Below are positions 38,881 through 48,814 of a DNA stretch of 64,000 nucleotides, piece by piece. Where the stretch lies: contig JBKHVI010000003.1 of assembly GCA_046570105.1 (NCBI GenBank), forward strand, positions 1 to 64,000, read 5' to 3'. A program made the position numbers and the translations under genes. Each line of letters starts with the position of its first letter. The first letter of the stretch is position 1. The notes beneath the pieces are model-generated. The model searched no databases, was not told where the DNA came from, and saw only the letters and a program-made list of their open reading frames with translations. This DNA comes from Bacteriovoracia bacterium. GTDB taxonomy: Bacteria; Bdellovibrionota; Bacteriovoracia; Bacteriovoracales; Bacteriovoracaceae.

Positions 38881-41049
38881 ATGTGGTCACGACTAAACTT
38901 TTTACGCTCACCGCTATCGGTGCTAGCGGTCTTTATAGGCTTTCTGGGCCTTAGTTTTTCTCAACTAAAAAATCTTCGTACCGAGCTACAAATTTATCAC
39001 CTGGACGATACACGCTTTAAAACGGCGCAAGATTTTCAGCGTGTCCGCAAAAGTTTTGCTGACCCTGCTTCGTTTCAATTGCACTGGTCGAAGCAAAATG
39101 GGCCTTTCACCATGGTTGAAGTATGCCAGATAGAAAAGCTTGTAAGAAATCTCAAAAAACTTACTCCTATCAAGGGAACTTTCATTGCCAGCATCAGCTC
39201 TCCGCTTGATCTGCGCACCTTTGAACTGACTGGCAGTCGCCTGTGGTTTCCCCGACTCCTCAGTGTGCAGTGCCAAAATCCCACAACGGAACCCGTCGAC
39301 CTCACTCCGCTCTATAATTTTCCGCTCTATCTTCAGCCGCTCACAACTGCTGCCATTCTTTCTTACAACCTGAAGCTCGCAACTGAATCCGACAAGGCAG
39401 AAAATGCTCAGCCTGACATTATCGGTGAAGCGTATGTAAAAGCTTTGCAACTACAAAAGGAAATACCAGGTCTTGAGCTTCACATTGCAGGCCGCGGGGC
39501 GACTCCTTGGCATATGCAAAAAATGATGATGAGTGATGCTCCGATTAATCTATTGGTCTTTCTCTTCATTTTGATTTTCTTTCGTCTTTTTCACGGGTCT
39601 TGGACAAGTGGCTTTCTGCTGACCGGCTCCCTTGTGACGACTCTCACCATTTCACTCGGTGTGATGGCTTATCTTGATATTCCAATCGACGCTCTCACTA
39701 ATACCCTATTTATCCTGGTTATTATTTCTGGAGTTGAAGACTACATCTTTCTCGTGGAAGAGAAGCGAAAAAATCCTCAGACGCAAGTAAACCAACCCTT
39801 TATTAAATTGCGAGCTCCCAGCTTTTTCACCTCTCTTACGACTATCATAGGGTTCGGAGTATTAGTTTTTTCTAGAATAGAAATCATCCAACGCTTTGGA
39901 GCGATCGCCGCTTTTTCCGCTTTGATTGAATGGTTTATTTTACTCTTCGCACTTCCCGCACTGCTGACACTTTTCCCAGCACTTGCTAACAAGTGGCTGC
40001 GAATAGACAAAGCTTGGGCACCTCGCTGGCTAGATAGTCTGGCGACATTGCGCCCCTCCTTCATAGTAAGTGTCATTATGGTTGCCATTTCTTTGGCAGG
40101 ATTTTTAGCATTCTCACACTTGAAATATAATGATTCTCCGAGGGAAAATTTCCCAATTCATCATCCTGCTCATAAAGCCTATGCTTTTTTAACACAGCAG
40201 TTCGGCTCTGAAGGATCACTGGAGATCGTCTTCCCGGCGAAGCATGCAAAACCTAAAAACTTTGAAGAAAAAATTTCTTCCATCTCTGGTGTCGTCAAAA
40301 TCCATTCACTGCCTGCTCTGTTTCATGCTATTCCACAAGACCTACCCCAAGAAGTCACTGAAGATATTAAACGCCATATTATGCAGACTGATCTCGCCCA
40401 ACATTATCAAAATGATGAGTGGGAAAGATGGGTCGTGTATGTTCAATCGATAGATCAAGAATCTTTGAAGAAAATGATTATTCAGATTCAAGCGATTTGT
40501 CAGGATACCTGTTTCCCGAGTGGCGAACTCGTTGTCTACGCAGACTTCGCAGATGAAGTCGCGAGCACACTTTTTAAAGGACTTGATCTCTCACTTTTAT
40601 TAGTGGGACTCACAGTCATCTTCTTGTGTTGGTGGAGAAAGATCAAACCCCTCTGGCCGGTACTCTTTAGTCTATTTTGGTGCCCACTAATGCTGTTGTT
40701 GGTGCTAGTGGTATTTAATGTTCCCATCAATCTGATGACTTGTTTAATAGGAGCCATTTTTGTGGGGCTCTCGGGTGATAACTCTATTCAGTATTTATTT
40801 GCCAGCAAGAATCTTGAGGATGGAGCGCTTGAGCGCTCACGTGCCACTGTTGTATTAACCATACTCTCAATGTGCTTATGTGGCTTCTTATGGGGATTTA
40901 CCCTTCGGCCGCTGCACACCGTAGGAACATTGCTGGCCGTCGGATTTGCTTTTATTCTGATTGGTGATCTGTGGGTATTACGAGGTTTACTTCATAAAGC
41001 GAATCGTGGGGCCAACACGCGCACCAAAGATTCAATTGAAACAAACTGA
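38881..41049 (+). CDS. MMPL/RND family (HpnN-like) lipid exporter
   Basis: Two repeats of TM + periplasmic domain + 5TM; GVEDYI, TSLTT..GF..L..S...I..FG and GLSGDNSI motifs. Confidence 0.8.
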   Translation: MWSRLNFLRSPLSVLAVFIGFLGLSFSQLKNLRTELQIYHLDDTRFKTAQDFQRVRKSFADPASFQLHWSKQNGPFTMVEVCQIEKLVRNLKKLTPIKGTFIASISSPLDLRTFELTGSRLWFPRLLSVQCQNPTTEPVDLTPLYNFPLYLQPLTTAAILSYNLKLATESDKAENAQPDIIGEAYVKALQLQKEIPGLELHIAGRGATPWHMQKMMMSDAPINLLVFLFILIFFRLFHGSWTSGFLLTGSLVTTLTISLGVMAYLDIPIDALTNTLFILVIISGVEDYIFLVEEKRKNPQTQVNQPFIKLRAPSFFTSLTTIIGFGVLVFSRIEIIQRFGAIAAFSALIEWFILLFALPALLTLFPALANKWLRIDKAWAPRWLDSLATLRPSFIVSVIMVAISLAGFLAFSHLKYNDSPRENFPIHHPAHKAYAFLTQQFGSEGSLEIVFPAKHAKPKNFEEKISSISGVVKIHSLPALFHAIPQDLPQEVTEDIKRHIMQTDLAQHYQNDEWERWVVYVQSIDQESLKKMIIQIQAICQDTCFPSGELVVYADFADEVASTLFKGLDLSLLLVGLTVIFLCWWRKIKPLWPVLFSLFWCPLMLLLVLVVFNVPINLMTCLIGAIFVGLSGDNSIQYLFASKNLEDGALERSRATVVLTILSMCLCGFLWGFTLRPLHTVGTLLAVGFAFILIGDLWVLRGLLHKANRGANTRTKDSIETN

Positions 41050-41372
41050 GCCAAGTCTTTGGGCGCTAAGTTATCCGCTGGATTCAACCCTGGAAGTAAG
41101 GGTGCTAAGCGTTTTTTTGCTTCATCACTTAAGATATCATTTTGAACGGCTTCTTCACGACTGAGTCCAGTGCGCTTAAGGAAATCAAAATCATTTTTTT
41201 CTAATTGAATATTGAGGTCACCTTCAAGTTGGAAAATGATATCCATAAAATCCAACGAGTCAGCACCCAGATCAGTCATGATCTTGGTATCAAGAGTCAA
41301 GTCTGCTTCTGATCGCGCCATACTACGGGCGACACAGGCAATAACATTTTTTTCAAGTTCTGAGCGATTCAT
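40992..41372 (-). CDS. Acyl carrier protein, extended (126 aa)
   Basis: DLGADSLDFMDI phosphopantetheinylation motif; long insertion after helix II/III. Confidence 0.9.
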   Translation of the reverse strand: MNRSELEKNVIACVARSMARSEADLTLDTKIMTDLGADSLDFMDIIFQLEGDLNIQLEKNDFDFLKRTGLSREEAVQNDILSDEAKKRLAPLLPGLNPADNLAPKDLAQFVSIESLVRVLAPRFAL

Positions 41373-41384
41373 AGAATTTTCCTC

Positions 41385-42083
41385 TTACCATAAACTATAG
41401 CCACCATCGACTGGAAGTACTACTCCAGTTATCGCTGATGCATCATTAGATAACAAAAAACTGCAAGTTTTTGCAATCTCTTCAGCACGAATTAAGCGCC
41501 CCATCGGTACCATTTCAGCAGGATCAACTCCATTTTCTTCCTTAGATTGGCGCAACATTGCCGAATCAACGGGTCCTGGTAAAACGATATTGATTCGCAC
41601 ATTACGCTTGGCCATTTCGCTGGCAAGAGCTTTGGTTAATCCTTCTAGTCCTGCTTTAGTAGCAGAATACACCGCATGACCACGAGTCATACGATGAGCA
41701 GAAACACTTCCCATTAAGACAATACTGCCGGCACGTTTTTTAGAAAATAAAGGCAGAAGCAGTTGTAAAAACTTAGTGGGTGCAAGCATGTTGGTTTGAA
41801 ACATTTCATTCAAATGCTCTTCAGCTAATCCCATCAAAGGCCCACTGTGATGGATCCCCGTGCAATCAACATAACCGACCAAATCTTCTTGGCTCACTTT
41901 CATGATAAGATTTTTGCAAAGTTCAGGATTATTAACGTCCAATTCAAACCAATCAATGGGTACAGCTGGGTTTTTCTCGCGTCGAAAAGTTCCAATAACA
42001 TTAAAACCGCGACTCACTAAATCTTGCGCTACAGCGAGACCAATCGCGCCCGATGCACCAGTCACAAGGATAGTTTTTTTCAT
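41385..42083 (-). CDS. FabG-like SDR (ketoreductase)
   Basis: TGASGAIG, S...YSATK, PGPVDS and VDGG motifs. Confidence 0.9.
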   Translation of the reverse strand: MKKTILVTGASGAIGLAVAQDLVSRGFNVIGTFRREKNPAVPIDWFELDVNNPELCKNLIMKVSQEDLVGYVDCTGIHHSGPLMGLAEEHLNEMFQTNMLAPTKFLQLLLPLFSKKRAGSIVLMGSVSAHRMTRGHAVYSATKAGLEGLTKALASEMAKRNVRINIVLPGPVDSAMLRQSKEENGVDPAEMVPMGRLIRAEEIAKTCSFLLSNDASAITGVVLPVDGGYSLW

Positions 42084-43294
42084 TCTGCACTTCCTAGGAT
42101 TAAACAAGAGTTATGGCCACCAAAGGCAAATGAGTTCTTAAGTACAATTGAAAAATGCCCCTTGCGTGGCTGACCTAGTACGTGATCAAGCTGGCATGAC
42201 GGATCAATCTCCGTGGTGTTAATCGTCGGATGTAAACTCTGCTGCTTCATACATAGAAGAGCACCCACTGTTTCAAGTGCCCCACCCGCAGCAATTAAAT
42301 GGCCTGTCATAGATTTGGTAGCAAAAACAGGAACACTCATTGCTCGGACACCTAACAACGTTTGGATGGCCTTCGTTTCCATCACATCGTTTTTTGGTGT
42401 TGATGTTCCATGTGCATTCACAGCACTAATATCATTCGCCGTGATCCGTGCATCAGCTAATGCATGTTTCATCGCTCGCAGTGCGCCTTCTCCGTCTGGA
42501 TGAGGATCACTGGGACTATATGCATCCATACTGTGGCCATGGCCTAGAATGAATCCTTGAATGTCAGCACCTCGCTTTTTGGCATTCTCTTCACGCTCTA
42601 ACACCATGAAAGCTGCTCCCTCACCAAGCACAAAACCATCACGATTTTTATCAAAAGGCCTAGAAGCTTTTGTAGGTTCATCATTACGTGCACTCAGCGC
42701 ACCTAATAGACAAAATCCACCCAGTCCCATGGGATTCACCATAGAATCTGTCCCTCCGGCAACAACCACATCTACCTCGCCCGAACGTAAGAGCTCGAGG
42801 GCTGTTCCTATCGCATCAGTACTCGCCACACACGCAGAGAGATGAAGTCGCGGAGGTGAGTGCAAGGAGAATTCGTGAGAGATCAAGTGAACCACTCGTT
42901 CTGCAGGATAATTTAGAAAAGCGAATTTATCTTCATCTGTTACCGCCGGGTAACGGTTTTTTTGCCAATCAATTAAGTCCGGGACGTGAAAAAGTTCAAG
43001 ACCCAAACCTAAACTTAAAGCACATTTCTTAGGAGCATAATGTCCATTTAACTGCGCCATAGCCATCGCTTCTCGGGCAGCTAAAATGGCAAACGACATT
43101 TTCACATCACGCTGATCCAAGACGATGGCAGAATCATCGACTTCTCCGGCAATTTGGGTCTGGTACCCACTTGGATCAAAGCGAGTGATGCGTTTAATTC
43201 CCGACTCACCTTTTTGTAATGCCTGATAAAATGCTTCACAGCCAATACCATTTGGAGAAACAACTCCCATCCCTGTGACAGCGATGCGTTTCAT
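42080..43294 (-). CDS. Beta-ketoacyl-ACP synthase (FabF-like, active)
   Basis: SACVAS (Cys), NAHGTST (His), KSMTGH (His), SRPFD..RDGFV.GEG and NSFAFGG motifs. Confidence 0.93.
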   Translation of the reverse strand: MKRIAVTGMGVVSPNGIGCEAFYQALQKGESGIKRITRFDPSGYQTQIAGEVDDSAIVLDQRDVKMSFAILAAREAMAMAQLNGHYAPKKCALSLGLGLELFHVPDLIDWQKNRYPAVTDEDKFAFLNYPAERVVHLISHEFSLHSPPRLHLSACVASTDAIGTALELLRSGEVDVVVAGGTDSMVNPMGLGGFCLLGALSARNDEPTKASRPFDKNRDGFVLGEGAAFMVLEREENAKKRGADIQGFILGHGHSMDAYSPSDPHPDGEGALRAMKHALADARITANDISAVNAHGTSTPKNDVMETKAIQTLLGVRAMSVPVFATKSMTGHLIAAGGALETVGALLCMKQQSLHPTINTTEIDPSCQLDHVLGQPRKGHFSIVLKNSFAFGGHNSCLILGSAE

Positions 43295-44166
43295 AAAGTC
43301 GCTCCCATCGAAAAATGGTAGCGATAGTAATCATTTTTATAAGAAAAATGGATGACTTCTTTTTTCAGACGTTTCTGTTGAAGTGTATAAAGATCTTGCA
43401 CTGGCCCCAGATGTTGATCAATCTCAGTTTTAAAGCCGATCTCTTGAACTCCACCTGGTGGATGATATTGCATTTCAATTGGACTAACCAATCTGCAGTT
43501 CTGGTGGGTACCCTTACGTGCTAAAAGCCACATGCCTCCACAGTCAGGAGTTAAGACATTTTCAGGAAGACCCATCTTGCGGTTATAATTTTTTACCAAC
43601 GGATTTTGCTGATGAGTCGCCGCTCCCACGAGGGCATAGTCTACCCGGCCTCGACGCAAATCATGCATGGCTGCTGCCAACGCCTGGCCCCACTGATAGC
43701 GATCAGGATATGTCACGAGATAAGCTTCTTTGAGGCCGTAGTTATGAGATAGATGAAAGGCGGCCATATTGGGTAGACACTTAAATGTTGTCAGTGGATT
43801 AAGCGAAGGCATCGCTTTGGTCACAAAGTTCTCTTGTGAAAACTCTCCTTCAATTTGAGATTTCTCACCAAGAATACGAAGCTCTCGTTCTTCAAATGGC
43901 AGAACACCTACACACAAATAAAGTCCGGTACGCTGATTTCGTGTTTCTTGATCAAGTGGATACTGCTCAAGCACCTGGTGACAGGCTTCCATCGCAAGCA
44001 TATCCATCTTTGACATGAATTTAAGATTTTTGGGTTGCACTAAACAGCGACGTACATCAAGACTCACTTCTTGATTCGCACCACCTTGCAAGATGTCGGG
44101 CCCCACAAAAGATGAGGCTAGGAGAACTATCTCAGAATTGGACACGGCTGAAGCTCCCGGCTCCAA
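43291..44166 (-). CDS. Truncated KS-like protein lacking the catalytic Cys (chain-length-factor-like)
   Basis: LKFMSK, NPL..FKCLPNMAAFHLS..YGL and AL..A...L..G.VDYALVGA N-terminal KS motifs, with no ACxS; start may be GTG at 44145. Confidence 0.75.
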   Translation of the reverse strand: MEPGASAVSNSEIVLLASSFVGPDILQGGANQEVSLDVRRCLVQPKNLKFMSKMDMLAMEACHQVLEQYPLDQETRNQRTGLYLCVGVLPFEERELRILGEKSQIEGEFSQENFVTKAMPSLNPLTTFKCLPNMAAFHLSHNYGLKEAYLVTYPDRYQWGQALAAAMHDLRRGRVDYALVGAATHQQNPLVKNYNRKMGLPENVLTPDCGGMWLLARKGTHQNCRLVSPIEMQYHPPGGVQEIGFKTEIDQHLGPVQDLYTLQQKRLKKEVIHFSYKNDYYRYHFSMGATL

Positions 44167-44606
44167 ATTTTATAAATCTGCAGACGCTGTGCTGTTAGCG
44201 CATTGGACTCCACTTCTAATAGAGTCATCATCAATCTCCCCTGAACTCGAATCTCATCCCCACAACGTGCTTCCACACTCAGCATAGCTGTCTCATCAAT
44301 GAGAGAATCAATTTTGGCAAAATAATCAAGTGCATCGCCTGGCCGACTCGGAATCTTGAATTTCATTTTATCAACAGTAGAAAGCACTGCCCTTCTGACG
44401 GGGCGAGAGGCATCTTGATTATGAGTTGTTTCCAATAAAAATCCTGCCACTTGTGCCAGCCCCTCTATAATCAGCGCACCGGGGAAAATTGGAATATCGG
44501 GAAAATGATCGTGGAGGACTTCGTCAGTCAAAGTCACGCACTTGCGAGCTTTAATTGTTTCACCTAATTTAAGCTCTTTAATGACATCAAAAAGAAAATA
44601 TCTCAT
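44127..44606 (-). CDS. 3-hydroxyacyl-ACP dehydratase (FabZ-like)
   Basis: HFP..PIFPGALIIE.LAQ and KF....PGD motifs. Confidence 0.92.
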   Translation of the reverse strand: MRYFLFDVIKELKLGETIKARKCVTLTDEVLHDHFPDIPIFPGALIIEGLAQVAGFLLETTHNQDASRPVRRAVLSTVDKMKFKIPSRPGDALDYFAKIDSLIDETAMLSVEARCGDEIRVQGRLMMTLLEVESNALTAQRLQIYKIWSRELQPCPILR

Positions 44607-45298
44607 AGGGCCCCATCGGCGACGACTGACTCGCCAGTTATATACGTATTATAGGTAAGCATTCCATGCACTAGCTCTGCCACTTCATTTGGTTTCATAT
44701 ATCTGCCGAGCGAACAGTGTTTTAAATATTTATCTTTCAAACCTCGTGGAAGTTGCTGCGATACTTTCCCTTCAACAATTCCCATACAAAGTTGGTTCAC
44801 CAGAATTCCATGCTCTCCCAACTCGTGGGCGGCAGATTCCACAAGACCTTTCAGTGAGGCTTGGCATTGCGAATAAAAAACCGGAGCGGTTTGAGTCTTC
44901 ACTCCATCGAGAGTATTAAGAAAAAGTATTTGTCCTTTTTCATTCAAAAGCCGCTTTGCTTCTTTAATCAGTAGAAAGGGAGCTTCCACTCTTATTTTGT
45001 AAAGCTCATGCATAAACTCTGGGGTTGTTTCTTCCGCGGTTTTAAAAGCAGGATAATCACTTTTGAGAAGTTGCTTAAAATCAATTTGAGCGGCGTAAAC
45101 GATGGCATCATGGCCCGCTTTCAAATCCCAAGGTTTCAAAAGATTAAGTTCAAATCCTTTGGCACCGAGTGCCTCGAGATTTCTTGCTTCTTCGCGATTG
45201 CGACAAAATGAAAAGGCGACTTCGTGGTGCTCTAAGCGCAAATGCTTAACCAATTCACGGCCAATTTCTCCTGTGCCCCCAATAACAAGTATTTTCAC
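44603..45298 (-). CDS. SDR with a degenerate catalytic motif
   Basis: GGTGEIG Rossmann motif; YSQCQ in place of YxxxK; ITG...ADG. Confidence 0.8.
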   Translation of the reverse strand: MKILVIGGTGEIGRELVKHLRLEHHEVAFSFCRNREEARNLEALGAKGFELNLLKPWDLKAGHDAIVYAAQIDFKQLLKSDYPAFKTAEETTPEFMHELYKIRVEAPFLLIKEAKRLLNEKGQILFLNTLDGVKTQTAPVFYSQCQASLKGLVESAAHELGEHGILVNQLCMGIVEGKVSQQLPRGLKDKYLKHCSLGRYMKPNEVAELVHGMLTYNTYITGESVVADGAL

Positions 45299-46023
45299 TA
45301 AAAACCTCCATCCATCAAAACGGTGGAGCCAGTCATATAGCTATTCTTTTCTGAGATCATAAAAGCAGCGAATTTTGCGACTTCATCAAATTCGCCCACT
45401 CTCCTAAGTGCCACATGGTTTTCATAATCTTTCACCATATTGTCAGGAAGATTACGTGCAACCCCTTCTTTGAGCAGTCCAGGTGCCAAGTTCAATACTC
45501 TCACTCCATAGCGACCCACTTCTTTTGCAAGTGTAGCTGTAAAGCCATGCAGAGCCGCTTTGCTAGTTGCATAGTGCACGGGAGCGGCCAGCATTTTCTC
45601 TCCCGCTAGAGAGCCGATATTGAGCACGACACCTTTTTTACGACGAATCATGGGTGGTAAAAATACTTGCGTCACATGAAAAAGACTCTTGGTGTTGCCA
45701 TAAACGACTCGATCCCAGTCTTGTTCATCCTGTAGTGGAAAAGGCATCGCCTGAGAAACGCCGGCATTGTTCACTAAAATATCAATAGTCACATTCTTCT
45801 CATCCAAGTTTTTTTTGAGAGTTTCCATATCCGAACGCTTGAGCGCGTCGGCACGAAAATACTCACCACAACCCATCTGGCGTTGTGTTTCCTGCGCTCC
45901 AGCTTCATCGCTTAGATACGTGAAGAAGACGTTTGCTCCCTGCCTTTTAAATTCCAGACAGAAAGCGCGCCCTAAACCTTTTGAGCCACCTGTCACCAAT
46001 ATGTTTTTTCCTTGCAACAACAT
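45298..46023 (-). CDS. FabG-like 3-oxoacyl-ACP reductase
   Basis: TGGSKGLG, NNAG, S...YATSK, APG and MDGG motifs. Confidence 0.92.
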   Translation of the reverse strand: MLLQGKNILVTGGSKGLGRAFCLEFKRQGANVFFTYLSDEAGAQETQRQMGCGEYFRADALKRSDMETLKKNLDEKNVTIDILVNNAGVSQAMPFPLQDEQDWDRVVYGNTKSLFHVTQVFLPPMIRRKKGVVLNIGSLAGEKMLAAPVHYATSKAALHGFTATLAKEVGRYGVRVLNLAPGLLKEGVARNLPDNMVKDYENHVALRRVGEFDEVAKFAAFMISEKNSYMTGSTVLMDGGF

Positions 46024-46785
46024 TTAAGCTCCCACCACATGCAGGCCACCATCAACAAACTGCACAGTACCGGTGACATGCTTTGAGAGCTCACTTGCGA
46101 GATAAACAGCTGTAAGTCCTACATCGTTGCCATTCGTATTTTGGCGCAGTGGAGCTTTCTCTTTGGCCATCAAGTAATGGGCATCAAATCCCTCTACACC
46201 CATCGCCGACATCGTTCTGACGGGTCCAGCAGAAATGGCATTTACTCTTACTCCTTGTGGTCCAAGTTCATGTGCCAAGTAACGCACACTACTCTCTAGT
46301 GCGGCTTTCGCCATTCCCATCATGCCATAGCCTGGTATCACGCGCTCACTGCCGATATTAGTCAGCGCCAGAAGACTTGCTCCCGGATTTAGGTAAGGCT
46401 GTACAAGTTGAGCTAAACGGACAAACGAAAAGGCACTGACTTCTAATGTTTCTTGCAACCCCTTGAGACTGGTGCCCATCAGTCCGCTGGCCAACTCTGA
46501 CGGCGGAGCAAATGCCATGGAATGCACGACAATATCTATTTTTCCCCACGCCTGAAGCGAAGAAGTTAAATTCTTCCAATGATTCTCATCGCGCACATCT
46601 AAAAGTTGGCAAAAACTTGCTGACAATTTTTCTGCCAACGGAACAGCTCTCTTCTCACTACTAGCAATTCCATACGTGAGTGCAATCGATGCGCCTTGGG
46701 CATGGAGACTTTCTGCGATCGACCAGGCCAGGCTTCGATCATTGGCCAATCCAAGAATCAAGGCCTTTTTATTTTGCACTAGCAT
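46024..46785 (-). CDS. fabI: Enoyl-ACP reductase FabI
   Basis: GLANDRSLAW, HSMAFAP, SAFSF, YGMMGMAKAALES and ISAGPVRT motifs. Confidence 0.92.
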   Translation of the reverse strand: MLVQNKKALILGLANDRSLAWSIAESLHAQGASIALTYGIASSEKRAVPLAEKLSASFCQLLDVRDENHWKNLTSSLQAWGKIDIVVHSMAFAPPSELASGLMGTSLKGLQETLEVSAFSFVRLAQLVQPYLNPGASLLALTNIGSERVIPGYGMMGMAKAALESSVRYLAHELGPQGVRVNAISAGPVRTMSAMGVEGFDAHYLMAKEKAPLRQNTNGNDVGLTAVYLASELSKHVTGTVQFVDGGLHVVGA

Positions 46786-46814
46786 TTTCTTTCCTTGTTG
46801 CGGATGATCGATCC

Positions 46815-47771
46815 ATGTCCAAAAACCTTCTTTCACGCTGGTTCGAAGTTTATCAAGAACTCGGTCAGCCCATTGGAATTCATACTTTTCGCGTTGATAA
46901 GCGCGACGGCCAAATTGAGCACCAAGAACACTCACATATCGAGTGGGATGGTTTCAGTCTGGCGGTCTATAAGCTTCGCCAATTAGGATGGGTCATTCAA
47001 CCCCCACGTCGGCTAAAATCATTTTCCCTTTCTTTTTTAGCTAAAGTGAAAGCCTTTTTTCATTATTTAATTTGGGCGCGAGTGAGAGATGTAAGATGGA
47101 AAAAATTTGATGCACAGCGTACTGGTCATAACCCTCCTCAAATTCATGTATTTGAACAAGAAATGACAGAAAAATGGCTTAGAGATTTAGCACAACAAAA
47201 TCTATCACCTAATGCTTGGCTGCTTCACCGTCTGAACAAGCTCACTGCACCGTTAATTCACAGTTCAGAGGGTATTTGGTGGATTCCGGTCGACTATCGT
47301 CCCTACTCAGACTTTTCTTGGGATGAACCTAATGTCGTGTCTCATATAGCTGTATCAATCAACACGTCGCAAAATCCAAGATTGATAGAAACTTTTATTC
47401 AGAAGAACTTAATAGATGGTGCACCTTGGGCGGCCTGGAAATGGATGCAATTGATTGCTAAATTTGGGAAAACAACAATGAAAGGCATCCTGCAATCACA
47501 GCTCAAAAAAAATCGCTGGTGCGGCACAATGACTTATTTGGGACGCTGGCCGAATCGTTTTGCGACTGCTCCAGTGGACACACCCTATCGGCTAGTAGGT
47601 GCACCGCCACCGATGCTGGGACACCCTATCTCGATGGGCGTGAGTCTTATGTGCGATCAACTCTGTGTTGCCTTTACCAGTCATTGTTCCCTTTTTTCTG
47701 AAACTGAATCGCAAATGTTCTTTCATGATTTTTTAGATGAAGTATCAAATGGAATGAAAGGACAAGTATGA
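46815..47771 (+). CDS. CoA/ACP-dependent acyltransferase (condensation/CAT-like HxxxDG fold)
   Basis: SHIEWDG = HxxxDG; IPVDYR resembling PV[DN]LR; N.VS and T.LG.W. Confidence 0.65.
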   Translation: MSKNLLSRWFEVYQELGQPIGIHTFRVDKRDGQIEHQEHSHIEWDGFSLAVYKLRQLGWVIQPPRRLKSFSLSFLAKVKAFFHYLIWARVRDVRWKKFDAQRTGHNPPQIHVFEQEMTEKWLRDLAQQNLSPNAWLLHRLNKLTAPLIHSSEGIWWIPVDYRPYSDFSWDEPNVVSHIAVSINTSQNPRLIETFIQKNLIDGAPWAAWKWMQLIAKFGKTTMKGILQSQLKKNRWCGTMTYLGRWPNRFATAPVDTPYRLVGAPPPMLGHPISMGVSLMCDQLCVAFTSHCSLFSETESQMFFHDFLDEVSNGMKGQV

Positions 47772-48814
47772 GTAAATTTAAATTCATTCTCTCATTTATA
47801 TTTTTTATCGCACTGACTGCTTGTGGAATTTTTGCAGCAGCGATGCAAACAGAGCAGAAAAATTTTAGCTTTGACTTGATTGCCAGTCTTCCTTGGACTG
47901 TTGTCTCTGCATTGATAATTTCTTCCATCTGCATTTATCTAGTTGATATCCTCCGCTTCTTCATTTTCTCTCATATGATTGGAGTACGACTCCAGTTTCT
48001 TCATGCGCTAGAAGCAGCCATCGTAAATTTATTTTTTGGATGGGTAACACCAGGGGCTGCCATGGGTGCACCGGCGGCTGTTTATACTTTAGGCAAGAGA
48101 GGTATCCCGTGGGATGCCTCATTAATTATCTGTTTTGGAAAATCACTAACAGGTTTTGGAACAATTTTATTATTAGCATTTGTTATGATTGCCATGGGTC
48201 TGGGCCCACAAATTGATAATATTTTTATTTATGGGATCTTGTGGAGCGCATCTTTTATTGCCTTCTTTTTTATCGCTCTGCCCATTGTAGGTAGCTTTTA
48301 TTCGGCGTCGACTCACCGATCGTTAGATCGTATTGAACAGAAACTTTTTTCCAAAAATCCTAAGATCAAGCTTCGTGCGAACAAGATATTTAAAGTACTA
48401 AAAGATATGATTGAACGTCTGCGGTTGTTACATAACCAAAGAAAGTTTCTATTTCTCATCGCGCTTGTTTCACAATTACTTTATTTCGCAGCTTTCATTG
48501 CACCCGCCGTTATCGTTTGTCATTATTTCGGAGGAGAGATTAGCAAGGCCATACCCCACTCACTCATTTACACTGCCCTTGCCTATTCTGCGCCGACCCC
48601 TGGTGGAGCTGGTATCTCTGAAGCATCCTCAGTCATTTTCTTTAATACAATTGTGCCAGCGATGAGCGCGGCTTATGTCGGAGTCATCTTCCGAGGATTT
48701 ACTTTCTATTTCCAAATTCTTATGGGGATACTTTATTTCCTTTTTTTTGGTGGGGGGTCTGCCATTCTTAATAGTAAAAATGCATTAGCTGGGAAATCAC
48801 ATGAGCCCAGTTGA
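47768..48814 (+). CDS. Lysylphosphatidylglycerol-synthase TM (UPF0104, flippase-like) protein
   Basis: R......G, VTPGAAMG and PTPGGAGISEA...R.FTFY motifs; multi-TM. Confidence 0.88.
   Translation: MSKFKFILSFIFFIALTACGIFAAAMQTEQKNFSFDLIASLPWTVVSALIISSICIYLVDILRFFIFSHMIGVRLQFLHALEAAIVNLFFGWVTPGAAMGAPAAVYTLGKRGIPWDASLIICFGKSLTGFGTILLLAFVMIAMGLGPQIDNIFIYGILWSASFIAFFFIALPIVGSFYSASTHRSLDRIEQKLFSKNPKIKLRANKIFKVLKDMIERLRLLHNQRKFLFLIALVSQLLYFAAFIAPAVIVCHYFGGEISKAIPHSLIYTALAYSAPTPGGAGISEASSVIFFNTIVPAMSAAYVGVIFRGFTFYFQILMGILYFLFFGGGSAILNSKNALAGKSHEPS

Noticed and set aside
40992..46785. Housekeeping fab operon or aryl-polyene cluster
   Set aside because: No plsX/fabH/fabD; the ACP is atypical; a Cys-less KS is present. 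No acyl-CoA ligase, LolA-like or GT2 genes typical of aryl-polyene clusters; FabI and two radical SAMs are present.
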